Shown here in pieces: positions 9,334-19,459 of a stretch of 64,000 nucleotides of DNA (positions within the stretch are counted from its first letter, which is position 1; every line of letters starts with the position of its first letter). Source of the DNA: an uncultured Actinomycetota bacterium. GTDB taxonomy: Bacteria > Actinomycetota > Actinomycetes > JAHEKZ01. The position numbers and the translations under genes are program-made. Below the pieces are notes generated by a model that had not been told where the DNA came from, made no database searches, and saw only the letters and a list, made by a program, of their open reading frames with translations. The DNA is taken from the NCBI GenBank assembly GCA_963718235.1, contig CAVQYR010000001.1:832001-896000 (forward strand), read 5' to 3'.

Positions 9334-9786
9334 CCGCTCGGGGTGGGGAAACACCCAGGTGCGGTACGCGACGAACCGGAACAGGGTGCCCAGGGCCACC
9401 CCCACGAGGTTCGCTGAGATGTTGTCCGCCAGCGGCCCCCGCAGGTCCAGGACGTAGCGGGACACCGCCAGCGGGAGCAAGGTGATGCCGAGCGCCACCG
9501 CGTTGACCCCGAGGAACATCGCGTACTCCCTGAACACACCGCGACGGTCCCGGTCCCGGAAGGTCCACTGCCGGTTGCCGCCGTAGGCCACGACGGTGGC
9601 CAGCACCCCCGCGATCGTCTTCGCGGTCAGCGGCTTGTCGTGCAGCGGCCCCTCGCCGCCGCCGAAGACCAGCAGGTTGTAGGTGCCGACGTCGACGACG
9701 TAGGCGATGATGCCGACGGTGCCGAACTTCGCCAGCTCTGCGGTCAACCGACGCAGCGGGGTCGTCGAACCGGGGGGCAGGCTCAC
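9280..9786 (-). CDS. GtrA-family membrane protein
   Basis: ELAKFGTVG, YGGNRQWTF, FRFVAYRTWVF; four TMs; divergent from purK. Confidence 0.88.
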   Translation of the reverse strand: MSLPPGSTTPLRRLTAELAKFGTVGIIAYVVDVGTYNLLVFGGGEGPLHDKPLTAKTIAGVLATVVAYGGNRQWTFRDRDRRGVFREYAMFLGVNAVALGITLLPLAVSRYVLDLRGPLADNISANLVGVALGTLFRFVAYRTWVFPHPERSADGTADRSEEQRERGG

Positions 9787-9880
9787 GAACGGTGAGCGGA
9801 CGGCGACGACATGGGCTCAGGCTATCGGGCGCCAAGGCTCGGTCGACCGCCGCTTTGGACGGCCCGGGTAGTCTGCGCCG

Positions 9881-11021
9881 GTGACGTTCCCCACGGTCGG
9901 TGTGGTCGGTGGCGGTCAGCTGGCGCGGATGATGCAGCCGGCGGCCGTGGCGTTGGGGGTCCGGCTCGTCGTGCTGGCCGACGTGGCCGACGACAGTGCG
10001 GCGCAGGTGGTCCCCGACGTCGTCGTCGGTGACTACCGCGACCGCTCGACCCTGGAGTCGTTCGCCTCGGGCTGTGACGTCGTGACCTTCGACCACGAGC
10101 ACGTCCCGGCCGAGCACCTGCGCGCGCTCGTGGCTGCGGGGTTCACCGTGCGCCCCGGGCCGGCGGCGCTGGCCCACGCCCAGGACAAGTCGGTGATGCG
10201 CGAGCGGCTCGGCGCGATGGGCGCCCCGGTCCCACGGTGGCGGACCGTCAAGGACGTGGCCGACGTCGTCGCGTTCGCCGAGGGCTCGAGCTGGCCGCTG
10301 GTGCTCAAGGCCACCCGGGGCGGCTACGACGGCAAGGGGGTGTGGGTCGTGGCCGACGCCGACGAGGCCGACTGGGTGCTCTCCCACGACCAGGTCCCCG
10401 GCTTCCTCGTCGAGGAGCGGGTGCCCTTCACCCGTGAGCTGGCCGCTTTGGTGGCCCGTAGTCCCAGCGGGCAGGCGGTGGCCTACCCCGTGGTCGAGAC
10501 CGTGCAGGTCGACGGCATCTGTCGGGAGGTCTACGCGCCCGCCCCCGGCCTCGACCCCGACCATGCCGTGGCGGCGCAGGAGGTCGCGCTGAGGATCGCT
10601 GGTGAGCTCGACGTGGTCGGTGTCCTCGCCGTCGAGCTGTTCGACACCCCGGCGGGGGTGCTCGTCAACGAGCTGGCGATGCGGCCGCACAACTCCGGGC
10701 ACTGGACGATCGACGGTTCGGTCACCAGCCAGTTCGAGAACCACCTGCGAGCCGTCCTCGACCTCCCGCTCGGTGACCCGTCGGTCACTCGCCCCGGTGA
10801 CGGTGATGGTGAACGTCCTCGGTGGCGACCTCCCGGACCTCTACCCCGCCTACCTGCACTGCATGGCCCGCGACCCCGGACTCAAGGTGCACATGTACGG
10901 CAAGGCGGTTCGCCCCGGTCGCAAGGTGGGGCACGTCACGGTGACCGGAGAACACGTCGACGCGTGCAAGGAGCGGGCCAGACATGCGGCGTCCTACCTG
11001 AGAGGCGACATCGATGAGTAG
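9881..11021 (+). CDS. purK: N5-carboxyaminoimidazole ribonucleotide synthase; frameshift near 10785-10795 (probable sequence error)
   Basis: [29 protein letters not shown] in frame 9881; conserved C-terminus ([22 protein letters not shown]) in frame 10602-11021. Confidence 0.92.
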
Positions 11022-11547
11022 CTCACCCGACCCGGCGTCGGTCGGCATCGTGATGGGCAGTGACTCCGACTGGCCGGTCATGGAGGCGGCGGCGCAGGTG
11101 CTCGACGAGTTCGACGTGGGCTACGACGTGGGGGTCGTGTCGGCGCACCGGATGCCGGTGGAGATGCTCGCGTACGGCGCCGAGGCGGTCGACCGGGGCC
11201 TGCGCGTGATCATCGCCGGGGCGGGCGGCGCGGCGCACCTCCCCGGGATGCTGGCCGCAGTCACGCCGCTGCCGGTCATCGGCGTCCCGGTGCCGCTCAA
11301 GAACCTCGACGGACTCGACTCGCTGCTGTCCATCGTGCAGATGCCGGCCGGTGTCCCGGTGGCCACCGTGGCGATCGGCAACGCGCGCAACGCTGGGCTG
11401 TTGGCGGTGCGGATGCTCGGCCTGGTCGACCAGACCCTTCAGGTGCGGATGCGGGAGTTCCAGGCCGCACTCAAGAACACCGCGGTCGAGAAGGGCGAGG
11501 CGCTGCAGCGTCGCCGCACCTCATCGACCGGTTTCACCGCTGGCTGA
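11014..11547 (+). CDS. purE: N5-CAIR mutase
   Basis: [42 protein letters not shown]. Confidence 0.97.
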   Translation: MSSSPDPASVGIVMGSDSDWPVMEAAAQVLDEFDVGYDVGVVSAHRMPVEMLAYGAEAVDRGLRVIIAGAGGAAHLPGMLAAVTPLPVIGVPVPLKNLDGLDSLLSIVQMPAGVPVATVAIGNARNAGLLAVRMLGLVDQTLQVRMREFQAALKNTAVEKGEALQRRRTSSTGFTAG

Positions 11548-11560
11548 CGCCGACCGCGTC

Positions 11561-12880
11561 TCAGGGGCGTCCCGGCGCGACGAACGTCCAGCCGGCCGCC
11601 CGCCACCGGTCGCGGTCCAGGCACAGCCGACCGTCGACCACGACCTGGCGCCGGACCACCTGGGCCACGAGTCGCGGGTCGAGGTCGCGGAACTCCCGCC
11701 ACTCGGTCAGGACGAGGACCGCGTCGACCTGCTCGAGGGCGGCCTGCGCTGAGTCCACGTAGACCAGGCTCGGGAACAGCGCCGAGGCGTTGGCGTTGGC
11801 CTGCGGGTCGTACACGCGGACGTCGGCTCCCTGCAGCTGCAGCCCCGCGGCGACGTTGAGGGCAGGGGAGTCGCGCACGTCGTCGCTCTCGGGTTTGAAG
11901 GCCGCACCGAGAACGGCGATCCGCTTGCCGAGCAGCGAGCCGTCGAGCGCCGCCTTGGTGAGCTCGACCATCCGCCCGCGGCGGCGCATGTTGATCTCGT
12001 CGACCTCCCGCAGGAAGGTGAGCGCCTGGTCGACGCCGAGCTCTCCGGCCCGCGCCATGAACGCCCGGATGTCCTTGGGCAGGCAGCCTCCCCCGAAGCC
12101 GAGGCCGGCGCGCAGGAACTGGCCACCGATCCGTGGGTCCAGGGCGAGCGCGTCGGACAGCTGGACGACGTCGGCCCCGGTCGCCTCGCACAGCTCGGCC
12201 ATGGCGTTGATGAACGAGATCTTGGTCGCCAGGAACGCGTTGGCCGAGACCTTGACCAGCTGGGCGGTCGCGAGGTCGGTGACGACGAGCGGAACGCCTT
12301 TCTCCAGCAGCGGTGCGTAGACGTCACGCAGCACCTGCTCGGCCTGCGCGCTGCCCACCCCGACGACGAGCCGGTCCGGGCGCAGCGTGTCGTCGACGGC
12401 GTGGCTCTCGCGCAGGAACTCCGGGTTCCAGGCGACCTCGGCGGTCGGTCCCGCGGGGGCGTGTGCGCTGACGTAGTCGGACAGCCGCTCGGCGGTCCCG
12501 ACCGGCACGGTCGACTTGCCGACCACGAGGCAGGGCCTGGTCAGTCGGGGTGCGAGGTGCTCGACCACGGAGTCGACGTACCGCATGTCCGCCGCGTACG
12601 ACCCGGGCTGCTGCGGGGTGCCGACGCACAGGAAGTGCACGTCGCCGAAATCGGCCACGTCGTCGTAGGACGTCGTGAACCGCAATCGCCCGGTGTCGAG
12701 GTTGCGCCGCAGGACGTCGGCCAGGCCCGGCTCGAAGAACGGCACCTCGCCGCGCTGCAGCGTCTCGATCTTGACCGGGTCGACGTCCATCCCCAGGACG
12801 TCGAACCCCAGCTCGGCCATGCATGCAGCGTGGGTCGCCCCCAGGTACCCGGTGCCGAGCACGGTCAGGCGCGGTGCCAC
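11561..12880 (-). CDS. ugd: UDP-glucose/GDP-mannose 6-dehydrogenase
   Basis: GTGYLG, KSTVPVG, NPEFLRE, GFGGGCLPKD, FKPESDDVRDSP. Confidence 0.93.
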   Translation of the reverse strand: MAPRLTVLGTGYLGATHAACMAELGFDVLGMDVDPVKIETLQRGEVPFFEPGLADVLRRNLDTGRLRFTTSYDDVADFGDVHFLCVGTPQQPGSYAADMRYVDSVVEHLAPRLTRPCLVVGKSTVPVGTAERLSDYVSAHAPAGPTAEVAWNPEFLRESHAVDDTLRPDRLVVGVGSAQAEQVLRDVYAPLLEKGVPLVVTDLATAQLVKVSANAFLATKISFINAMAELCEATGADVVQLSDALALDPRIGGQFLRAGLGFGGGCLPKDIRAFMARAGELGVDQALTFLREVDEINMRRRGRMVELTKAALDGSLLGKRIAVLGAAFKPESDDVRDSPALNVAAGLQLQGADVRVYDPQANANASALFPSLVYVDSAQAALEQVDAVLVLTEWREFRDLDPRLVAQVVRRQVVVDGRLCLDRDRWRAAGWTFVAPGRP

Positions 12881-12993
12881 GGGTCCTCCGGAGGTCGATG
12901 TCGTCGGCGCGATCAGGTTAGCCGAGCGGGCGTGCGCCTAGGCTGGCGCCGACATGTGCTGTCCCGGCGAGTCCGCGAGGAGTTCGACCTGTC

Positions 12994-13494
12994 GTGAGCC
13001 CAGAACCGGTTGCGTCATCGGCCGCACGCACGACGCTGAGTCGCATCATGACGTCGTTGGACGTCAACCTGCTCGGTACCGTGCACGGCGGTGTCGTGAT
13101 GAAGCTGGTCGACGACGTGGCAGGAGCCGCGGCCGCCCGGCACTCGCACGGAAGCGCAGTGACCGTGGCCATGGACGAGATGGTGTTCTTGCGCCCGGTC
13201 CGGATCGGTGACCTGATCCACGCGCACGCGCAGGTCAACTGGGCCGGTCGCACGTCGATGGAGGTCGGCGTCCGGGTCACCGCTGAACGATGGAACGAGA
13301 CCCAGCCGGCTGAGCACGTGGCGTCGGCCTACCTGGTGTTCGTCGCGGTCGACGAGGAGAACACTCCGCGCGAGGTGCCGCCGGTGGCACCGGAGACCGA
13401 CGTCGACCGCAACCGTTTCACCGAGGCCGAGATCCGCCGGGCGAACCGGCTCGCGCGGCGCGAGGAGATCAAGGCGCTGCGCAGCTCCCGCTGA
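12994..13494 (+). CDS. Acyl-CoA thioesterase (hotdog fold)
   Basis: NLLGTVHGG..MKLVD, GRTSMEVGV, YLVFVAVD. Confidence 0.9.
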   Translation: MSPEPVASSAARTTLSRIMTSLDVNLLGTVHGGVVMKLVDDVAGAAAARHSHGSAVTVAMDEMVFLRPVRIGDLIHAHAQVNWAGRTSMEVGVRVTAERWNETQPAEHVASAYLVFVAVDEENTPREVPPVAPETDVDRNRFTEAEIRRANRLARREEIKALRSSR

Positions 13495-13506
13495 GCCAAC
13501 GCACGG

Positions 13507-14929
13507 TCAGCCGCACACCTTGTCGGCCGCCGTCGTGGTGTCCACCTGGCTTTCCTGGGGGGCTGAGGTCTTGACCTGCTGGGGGGCGGCGTACTCGGTC
13601 CCGACGACGATCACGAAGGTGCCGCCCATTCCCGGAACCTCCTCGACCTCTGCGTCGGGGAACGCCGCCTGCACGGTCTTGAGGGACTCGCTCCACTCCG
13701 GGTCGTACCGGATGACCGTCGAGGTCACGTCGGTGGTCGTCCGCGTTGTCAGGGGAGGCCCCGATGGTGAACCCCACCGCCGCGAGGTCGCTGCTGGCCT
13801 GGCCGGCGAGCCCGGACACGGTGCTGCCGTTGAGCGCCTGGACGCTGATGTCGGACGGGGAGACGGTCGGTCGCCCGGCCCGCTTCTCCTTGACGACGGG
13901 AGCATCGGACTCCAGGGCGTCGAACACCGCGCTCGCCTTCGCCTTGTCCCAGCGGACCGCCGAGCCGGACGACGTGGAGTAGTCGACGTCGGAGAGCGGC
14001 ACCGTGAGGAAGCGGATGTCCTTGGGCTTGAGGCTCTGCAGGTCCGAGGCCAGGCCCATCAGCAGGTCGCGGTTCATGCCCTCGTCAGTGGTGACCGACG
14101 AGAGCATCGCCTTGAGGAACCGGTCGAGCTTCAGCGGGTTGAGCAGCACCCCGGCGCTGGTGGCCTGGTTGAACATCGCCCCGAGGAACTGCTGCTGACG
14201 CTGCATCCGGCCCAGGTCGGCGGTGGGGTCGATGTAGCGGGCGCGGACGAACGACAGCCCCATCTGCCCGTCGACGTGCGACCGACCGGCCGGGAGGACC
14301 AGGCCGCTTCGGCGGTCGTCGACGGCGTCGGGCAGGCACACGTCGACTCCGCCGAGGGCGTCGACCATGCGGATGACCCCGGCGAACCCGACCTCGACGT
14401 AGTGGTCGACGTCGACGCCCGTGGCGCCCTGCACGGTGCGGATCAGCAGCTCGGCGCCCCCGTAGGAGTACGCGGCGTTCAGCTTGTTCATCTGGGCCGG
14501 GTGCTTCTTGCCGGCGTCGTCGGTCCAGGCCGGGATGCGCACCCAGGAGTCACGGGGCAGGCTCACGACCGTCACGTCGCTGCGGTCGGCCGACAGGTGG
14601 ACCAGCATCATCGTGTCGGAACGCCGGCCGCCGAGGTGGCCGGTGTGCAGCATGCGCTGCTCTTCCTTGGTCAGCCCGTCACGGGAGTCAGAACCGGCCA
14701 CGAGCACCGTCAGCGGACCATCGGCGTCGCCGCCGCCGGCCAGGATGCCGCCGAGCCCGGGGATCCGGCCGATCTGTCCGTCGTAGTAGGTGGCGACGGC
14801 CCAGCCACCGATCGAGGTGAGGAAGATCACGCTCGCGGCGATGGTCGCCAGGGCGCGCAGGACCCGAGGACGAGCAGAAGTCTCACCGGTGGCTCGGGGG
14901 GAGAGCTCCGGGGGAAGGACGGTGCTCAT
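13507..14929 (-). CDS. LCP (LytR-CpsA-Psr) glycopolymer transferase with LytR_C domain; frameshift near 13740
   Basis: GSDSR, RSDTMML, SLPRD, KLNAAY, DLGRMQRQQ; C-terminus (VIRYDP...TAADKVCG) continues in frame 13507 and matches the paralogue at 25194. Confidence 0.9.
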
Positions 14930-15137
14930 GCGGGGTGGTTCTCCTGACGTGGGCGTACGGCCGGCGGACCGGGGCGTGGACGTTCAATCAGACGCAGCAG
15001 CCACGGCTTCGGTGCCGCTCCCGAGGGTAGATCGAGCCGGCGCCGATCACAGAATCGGCGCGCCGGGCGGCTCGTCGCCCGGGAGCGTGGCGGACCGGCG
15101 CGGTCGCCGGCCCGGTGGTGCTGCCCGCGGGAGCGGG

Positions 15138-16193
15138 CTAGCCGGAGCGCTTCTGGCTGCGGGCCAGCGCGATGATCGCGTCGACCGCGGCGGCGGACAC
15201 GTCGGCCTCGTCGGGAAGTGCCGGCTGTCTCGAGGGCGGGTCTGGTGTGCGAGCAGAAGTGGCCGTCTCCGATCTCAGGTCGTCGAGGTCTCCGACCACG
15301 GTCATGCCGAGCGAGACCAGCGAGGCCAGCGAGGCCACGATCTCCTCCGAGCGGTGGTGGGCCCACGGGAGCGCGGCGTCCGGGAGCACGACCCGGGCCT
15401 CGGACTCCCGACGGCTGGCCAGGATCGACTTGCTCAGCCCGGCGCGCAGGACCCGTCCGTACTCCCGTCGGGGCATCGACTCGTCACCGAGCCGCAGGTT
15501 GACCCGGCGCAGCAGCTCCGCGGAGGCGGCGCCCAACGACTCGTTCGCGGTCTGCACCGGCTCGTAGCGCCCGGCGTCGATGTCGAGGGCGCTCGCGAAG
15601 CGGCGCCACAGCGCCAGCGGGTCAGCCGACCTTCGGGGGAGGGTCACCACCGTGACGTGGTCCACGCCGACGACGTCGGACCACACCTTCAGGATCCGGG
15701 ACGTGTCGTGCTGCTCCCAGAAGCTGCGCCCCAGCGTGCTCTTTCGGGGGTGCTTGCTGGTGACCGAGTCGACGTAGTCGGCAAACGTCCAGGTGTGGCC
15801 GAACTGCAGCGACTCCTGCCACTGCGCCGGCACCACCCGAACCAGGTCGCGCACGGTGAGCACGACCCGGACGGTCCGAGCGCCCAGTGCGGCGACCGCC
15901 CGCGCGGCCTGCTCCGGGCGGGCCCGGACCAGGCTCTCCATCGAGATGACGGCGGCTGGCCCCTCGTAGGCGGCGATCTCGTCGACGAGCGCCTGCCATC
16001 TCCCGGCGAGCCGGCCGCTACCCTCGTCGCGGCGCCCGAGCATCTCCTGCGCCCCTCGCACCTGGTCGATCCGGCGCCCCGGGTGGAGCAACCCGTCGTC
16101 GGCGAGCTGCTTCTGGTGCTGCACCAACATGGCCTGCAGGTAGGTCGTACCCGTCTTGGGCTCCCCGACGTGCAGGTGGACCACTCCGGTCAT
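15138..16193 (-). CDS. Sulfotransferase-fold (P-loop) protein, paralogue 4
   Basis: HLHVGEPKTGTTYLQ, ISMESL, VRDLVRVVPAQWQE, NESLG..SAELLRRVN, VVGDLDDL. Confidence 0.78.
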   Translation of the reverse strand: MTGVVHLHVGEPKTGTTYLQAMLVQHQKQLADDGLLHPGRRIDQVRGAQEMLGRRDEGSGRLAGRWQALVDEIAAYEGPAAVISMESLVRARPEQAARAVAALGARTVRVVLTVRDLVRVVPAQWQESLQFGHTWTFADYVDSVTSKHPRKSTLGRSFWEQHDTSRILKVWSDVVGVDHVTVVTLPRRSADPLALWRRFASALDIDAGRYEPVQTANESLGAASAELLRRVNLRLGDESMPRREYGRVLRAGLSKSILASRRESEARVVLPDAALPWAHHRSEEIVASLASLVSLGMTVVGDLDDLRSETATSARTPDPPSRQPALPDEADVSAAAVDAIIALARSQKRSG

Positions 16194-17245
16194 GAGGTTC
16201 CCCGCGTCGAGCGCACGCGGGACAGATAGGCGCTCAGCGCCATGACCGCAGCATCACGAGCGGCAGCGGTCTCGACCCGGGAGTGCCCCGCCGGTCCGGT
16301 GTCGTCGGTGGACGGCACCAGCTCGTCGAGGTCGCCCACGACCCGGTAGCCACGGTCCCGCACCACCGATGCGACCTCGCGCCCGAGCTCGCCCGCCCAG
16401 TGCAGGGACTTCGAGTCGATCGACAGCGGCTGGGCGCTCTGGCCGGCCAAGACCGTCTCGGCGACGAAGCGCTTGACCTCGCTGCGGTACACCGGCCACT
16501 CGATCCCCAGCGTGGACTCGTGGGTGAGCGCCGCGTTCAGCCGGCGGACGACCTCTGCGGACGTGGCTCCCAACGAGACGTTGGTCTGAAGGACCTCCAG
16601 GTCCGCTCCGACGGGTGGGAGACCGACTGCGGCGGCGAACCGCTCCCACAGGAGCGACGGCGAGGAGCCTTTGCGCGGCACAGTGACCACCGTGATCTGC
16701 GCGGCGGGGACGTGCCGCTGCCAGTCGGCCAGAATGGCCGGGAGGTTCTGCCACCGCCAGAATCCCCGTCGCGTGCCGGGCGCCTCCGCCCAGGCCCGCC
16801 GAGCCCGGCGGAGGTACTGCCGTAGCTCCAGGGTGGATCCGTTCTTGAGGTTCTCCTGCCACACGGCCGGCAGCTGGCGGGCGAGGTCTCGAGCCGTCAC
16901 GACGATCCGCAGGTCGTCCGTCGGCAGGTCGGAGGCGATCGTGGCGATCTGCTCGGGTGTGGCAGCGGTGAAGAGCTCGTGGGAGATGAGGACGTCCGGC
17001 CCGCGCCAGGACTCGACGGCGTGGGCCAGCCGGTTCCAGGAGCCGTCGACCCGTGGGTCGCGGTACTCCTTGAACGCGCCGCAGACGTCTTGTGCCTCCA
17101 GGAAGTGGTCTCCGCGGAAGCCGGGGTACAGGAGACCCTGCTTCCGGAGCCACCGCCGGTTCTTGGCGGCGACCGCCTGCACGTACGTAGTGCCCGTCTT
17201 CGGTGCTCCGATGTGGAGGTGCACTGTGGGTCGGCGGGTGCTCAT
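16190..17245 (-). CDS. Sulfotransferase-fold (P-loop) protein, paralogue 3
   Basis: HLHIGAPKTGTTYVQ, ISHE, ARDLARQLPAVWQE, NVSLG; ATG 17245 overlaps the upstream stop. Confidence 0.8.
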   Translation of the reverse strand: MSTRRPTVHLHIGAPKTGTTYVQAVAAKNRRWLRKQGLLYPGFRGDHFLEAQDVCGAFKEYRDPRVDGSWNRLAHAVESWRGPDVLISHELFTAATPEQIATIASDLPTDDLRIVVTARDLARQLPAVWQENLKNGSTLELRQYLRRARRAWAEAPGTRRGFWRWQNLPAILADWQRHVPAAQITVVTVPRKGSSPSLLWERFAAAVGLPPVGADLEVLQTNVSLGATSAEVVRRLNAALTHESTLGIEWPVYRSEVKRFVAETVLAGQSAQPLSIDSKSLHWAGELGREVASVVRDRGYRVVGDLDELVPSTDDTGPAGHSRVETAAARDAAVMALSAYLSRVRSTRGTS

Positions 17246-18198
17246 CGGCGCGCCTGCCACTGCTGGGGCAGCCAGTGCTGACGGACCGAGTCGATGGTGG
17301 TCTTCAGCCGGGTGGTCATGGCTGAGTCCGCGCGGTGAGGCGACAAAGTGGCGGTGAGCTGCACCAGGGAGCGCAGGGCACCGACCGCGGCGTCCAGCTC
17401 GGCCTCGTCGGTGGCCGGGCCGGGGGCGGTGGGAGCGCCGGGGGTCAGCTCGTCGAGGCTGCCGTGGACGACGTAGCCGCACGCCTCGAGCCGCTCGCGG
17501 CCCTCGGCGCTCCAGTCGGCGACTGCCGGATGGGTCCACAGCGCTGTGTCGTCTGACGTCAGCCCCAGTCCCTCGACGAGTGCCTGGCGCACGGAGGGCT
17601 CGTCGGGGACGAAGCGTCCGTCGGTACCGGCGGCGGTCAAGACGTTCAGCGCCCGCAGCACCTCGGCCGCCGCGGGGCTCATCATCCGGTCGGCCAGCTC
17701 GATCGCAGGGCGTTGACGGGGGGACGCATCAGTGCGCACCTCGTCTTCGCGGTTCCCGGCCGCCTCGGTGAACCTCCGCCACAGCTCGTCCAGCCGTCCG
17801 GGCAGAGGGGCCGTGACGACGTGGACGTGGTCCCCGCCGATCCGCCGGTCCCAGGGTTGCAGGGTCACGACCGGGTCGATCGACCGCCACGGTCCGCTGA
17901 GGCTCTCGTGGTCGGCAGCCAGCCGGTCGACGAACTCCTCGAACGACGCGGTGCCGCCCCGAAGGAGCTCACCCTGCCAGAGCACCGGCAGCTGTCGGTG
18001 CAGGTCCCGGATGACGAGGACCGCGCGCCCCGGTGGCCCGGGGAGGCTGGTCAGGAGCCGCTCGACCTTGGTCTCGTCGCCCGCGAGGTCGGGCGCGGAG
18101 ACGATGCGTCCCGCCGACCCGCCGCTGGCCACCGGGCTCCCGGCGAGGAACGAGGTCTGGGTGTGCGAAGCGCCGACGTGAACGACGACCTCGGGCAC
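17242..18198 (-). CDS. Degenerate sulfotransferase-fold protein, paralogue 2
   Basis: VVHVGASHTQTSFL (P-loop eroded), IRDLHRQLPVLWQ, LWRRF, AEVLRALN, VHGSLDEL. Confidence 0.65.
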   Translation of the reverse strand: MPEVVVHVGASHTQTSFLAGSPVASGGSAGRIVSAPDLAGDETKVERLLTSLPGPPGRAVLVIRDLHRQLPVLWQGELLRGGTASFEEFVDRLAADHESLSGPWRSIDPVVTLQPWDRRIGGDHVHVVTAPLPGRLDELWRRFTEAAGNREDEVRTDASPRQRPAIELADRMMSPAAAEVLRALNVLTAAGTDGRFVPDEPSVRQALVEGLGLTSDDTALWTHPAVADWSAEGRERLEACGYVVHGSLDELTPGAPTAPGPATDEAELDAAVGALRSLVQLTATLSPHRADSAMTTRLKTTIDSVRQHWLPQQWQARR

Positions 18199-18253
18199 GA
18201 GTCCTCCTTGGGGCGAGCCCCGATCCTAGCCAGCGCGCGCCCGTGGCGTCGGG

Positions 18254-19459
18254 TCAGCCACGGCGTCGGTCTCGGACCGCGCGCAGCCGAGCCCCGACGG
18301 CGGCCGCGTACCGGTTGCGGCTCTCGAGGGCGACCAGGTGCGAACGCAGCCGAAGCGACGGCGCCAGAGAGTCCAGCTGGCGTCGCAGGCGCCCTTCCCA
18401 CCGGTGCCGGTCGTCGCGCATCCGGGCCATCTGGACCAGCAGCCCGCTCACTGCCGCAACGGCGGCGTCGAGCACCGCGGCGTCGTCGGGTGCCGGGTCT
18501 CCCGGCAGGGCTTCGTCCGGGACGACCAGGTCGTCGAGGTCACCGACGACGTCGCAGCCGCTGGCCCGGAGTCCGGAGATGGCGCTGCTGGCCCGGGCCA
18601 CGAGCCTGGCGTGCAGCTCGGGCGGCAGTTGAGGGCGCCCGGCGGGTGACCGGGCGCCGAGCACCTTGACGGCCAGGAGGTCGCGGGTCAGACCGGTCTG
18701 GTGCCACCGCGGGAAGTCGTCGGGCAGGGCCAGGTTGACCCGGCGCAGCAGCTCGGTCTCGGGCAGGCCCAGGGAGGTGTTCGCCTCGACCTCGAAGTCG
18801 GTGGCCGACGCGGGGTCGACCCCGATGATCGAGGCGAACCGGTTCCAGAGGTCGTTCTTGTCCGCTGCGGTCGGCGGCATCACCATGACGTGGATGTTCG
18901 CGCGCTCGACGTGGGTCGCCCAACGGTCGACGACGTCGACCGGGTCGTGCACGCTCCAGAACCAACGGCCAGGCCCCTTGGTCGCCGATCCCAGCACCTT
19001 GCGGGCCCACGCCTCGAAGGTCAGCGTCGAACGGTGCTTGACGAACTCCTGCCACTCCGAGGGCATCAGCCCGCCCAGGTTGCGGGTGGCGTAGAGGACG
19101 TGCACCTCGCGGGGAGCCAGCGAGTCGACCGCGCGCCGGACCTGGGCTGGGGTCAGTGAGGCGAGGTGCTCGTCGGAGATCACGACGTTCTCGGCGTCGC
19201 TGGAGGCGGCGATCTTGGCGAGGGTGTCCCAGGCTCCCGTCCAGTCCAGGCCGGGGTCGGCCGGGTCGAAGGGCAGGTCCCGGAGGTCGTGACCGGCCAG
19301 GTAGTGGTCGCGACGTCGGGTGCCGACGACGTGCAGGCCCACCGCCTCCAGGGCCTCCTGGTTGCGCCAGAGGACCCCCTGCAGGTACGTCGTGCCGGTC
19401 TTCGGCGCGCCCACGTGCAGGAAGGCCCGCCTGGTCGGGTCGTCGGCCACCGGACTCAC
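18254..19459 (-). CDS. Sulfotransferase-fold (P-loop) protein, paralogue 1
   Basis: FLHVGAPKTGTTYLQ, ISDEHL, TRNLGGLMPSEWQE, NTSLG..ETELLRRVN, VVGDLDDL; GTG 19459 overlaps the wzt stop. Confidence 0.8.
   Translation of the reverse strand: MSPVADDPTRRAFLHVGAPKTGTTYLQGVLWRNQEALEAVGLHVVGTRRRDHYLAGHDLRDLPFDPADPGLDWTGAWDTLAKIAASSDAENVVISDEHLASLTPAQVRRAVDSLAPREVHVLYATRNLGGLMPSEWQEFVKHRSTLTFEAWARKVLGSATKGPGRWFWSVHDPVDVVDRWATHVERANIHVMVMPPTAADKNDLWNRFASIIGVDPASATDFEVEANTSLGLPETELLRRVNLALPDDFPRWHQTGLTRDLLAVKVLGARSPAGRPQLPPELHARLVARASSAISGLRASGCDVVGDLDDLVVPDEALPGDPAPDDAAVLDAAVAAVSGLLVQMARMRDDRHRWEGRLRRQLDSLAPSLRLRSHLVALESRNRYAAAVGARLRAVRDRRRG

Noticed and set aside
10780-10800. Programmed ribosomal frameshift in purK
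   Set aside because: No slippery heptamer, and similar breaks occur in many unrelated genes, so sequence error is more parsimonious
14930-15137. Structured ncRNA or riboswitch upstream of the LCP gene
   Set aside because: Only an 8-bp GC hairpin and a TACCCT -10 with a leader of about 90 nt; no family motif recognised
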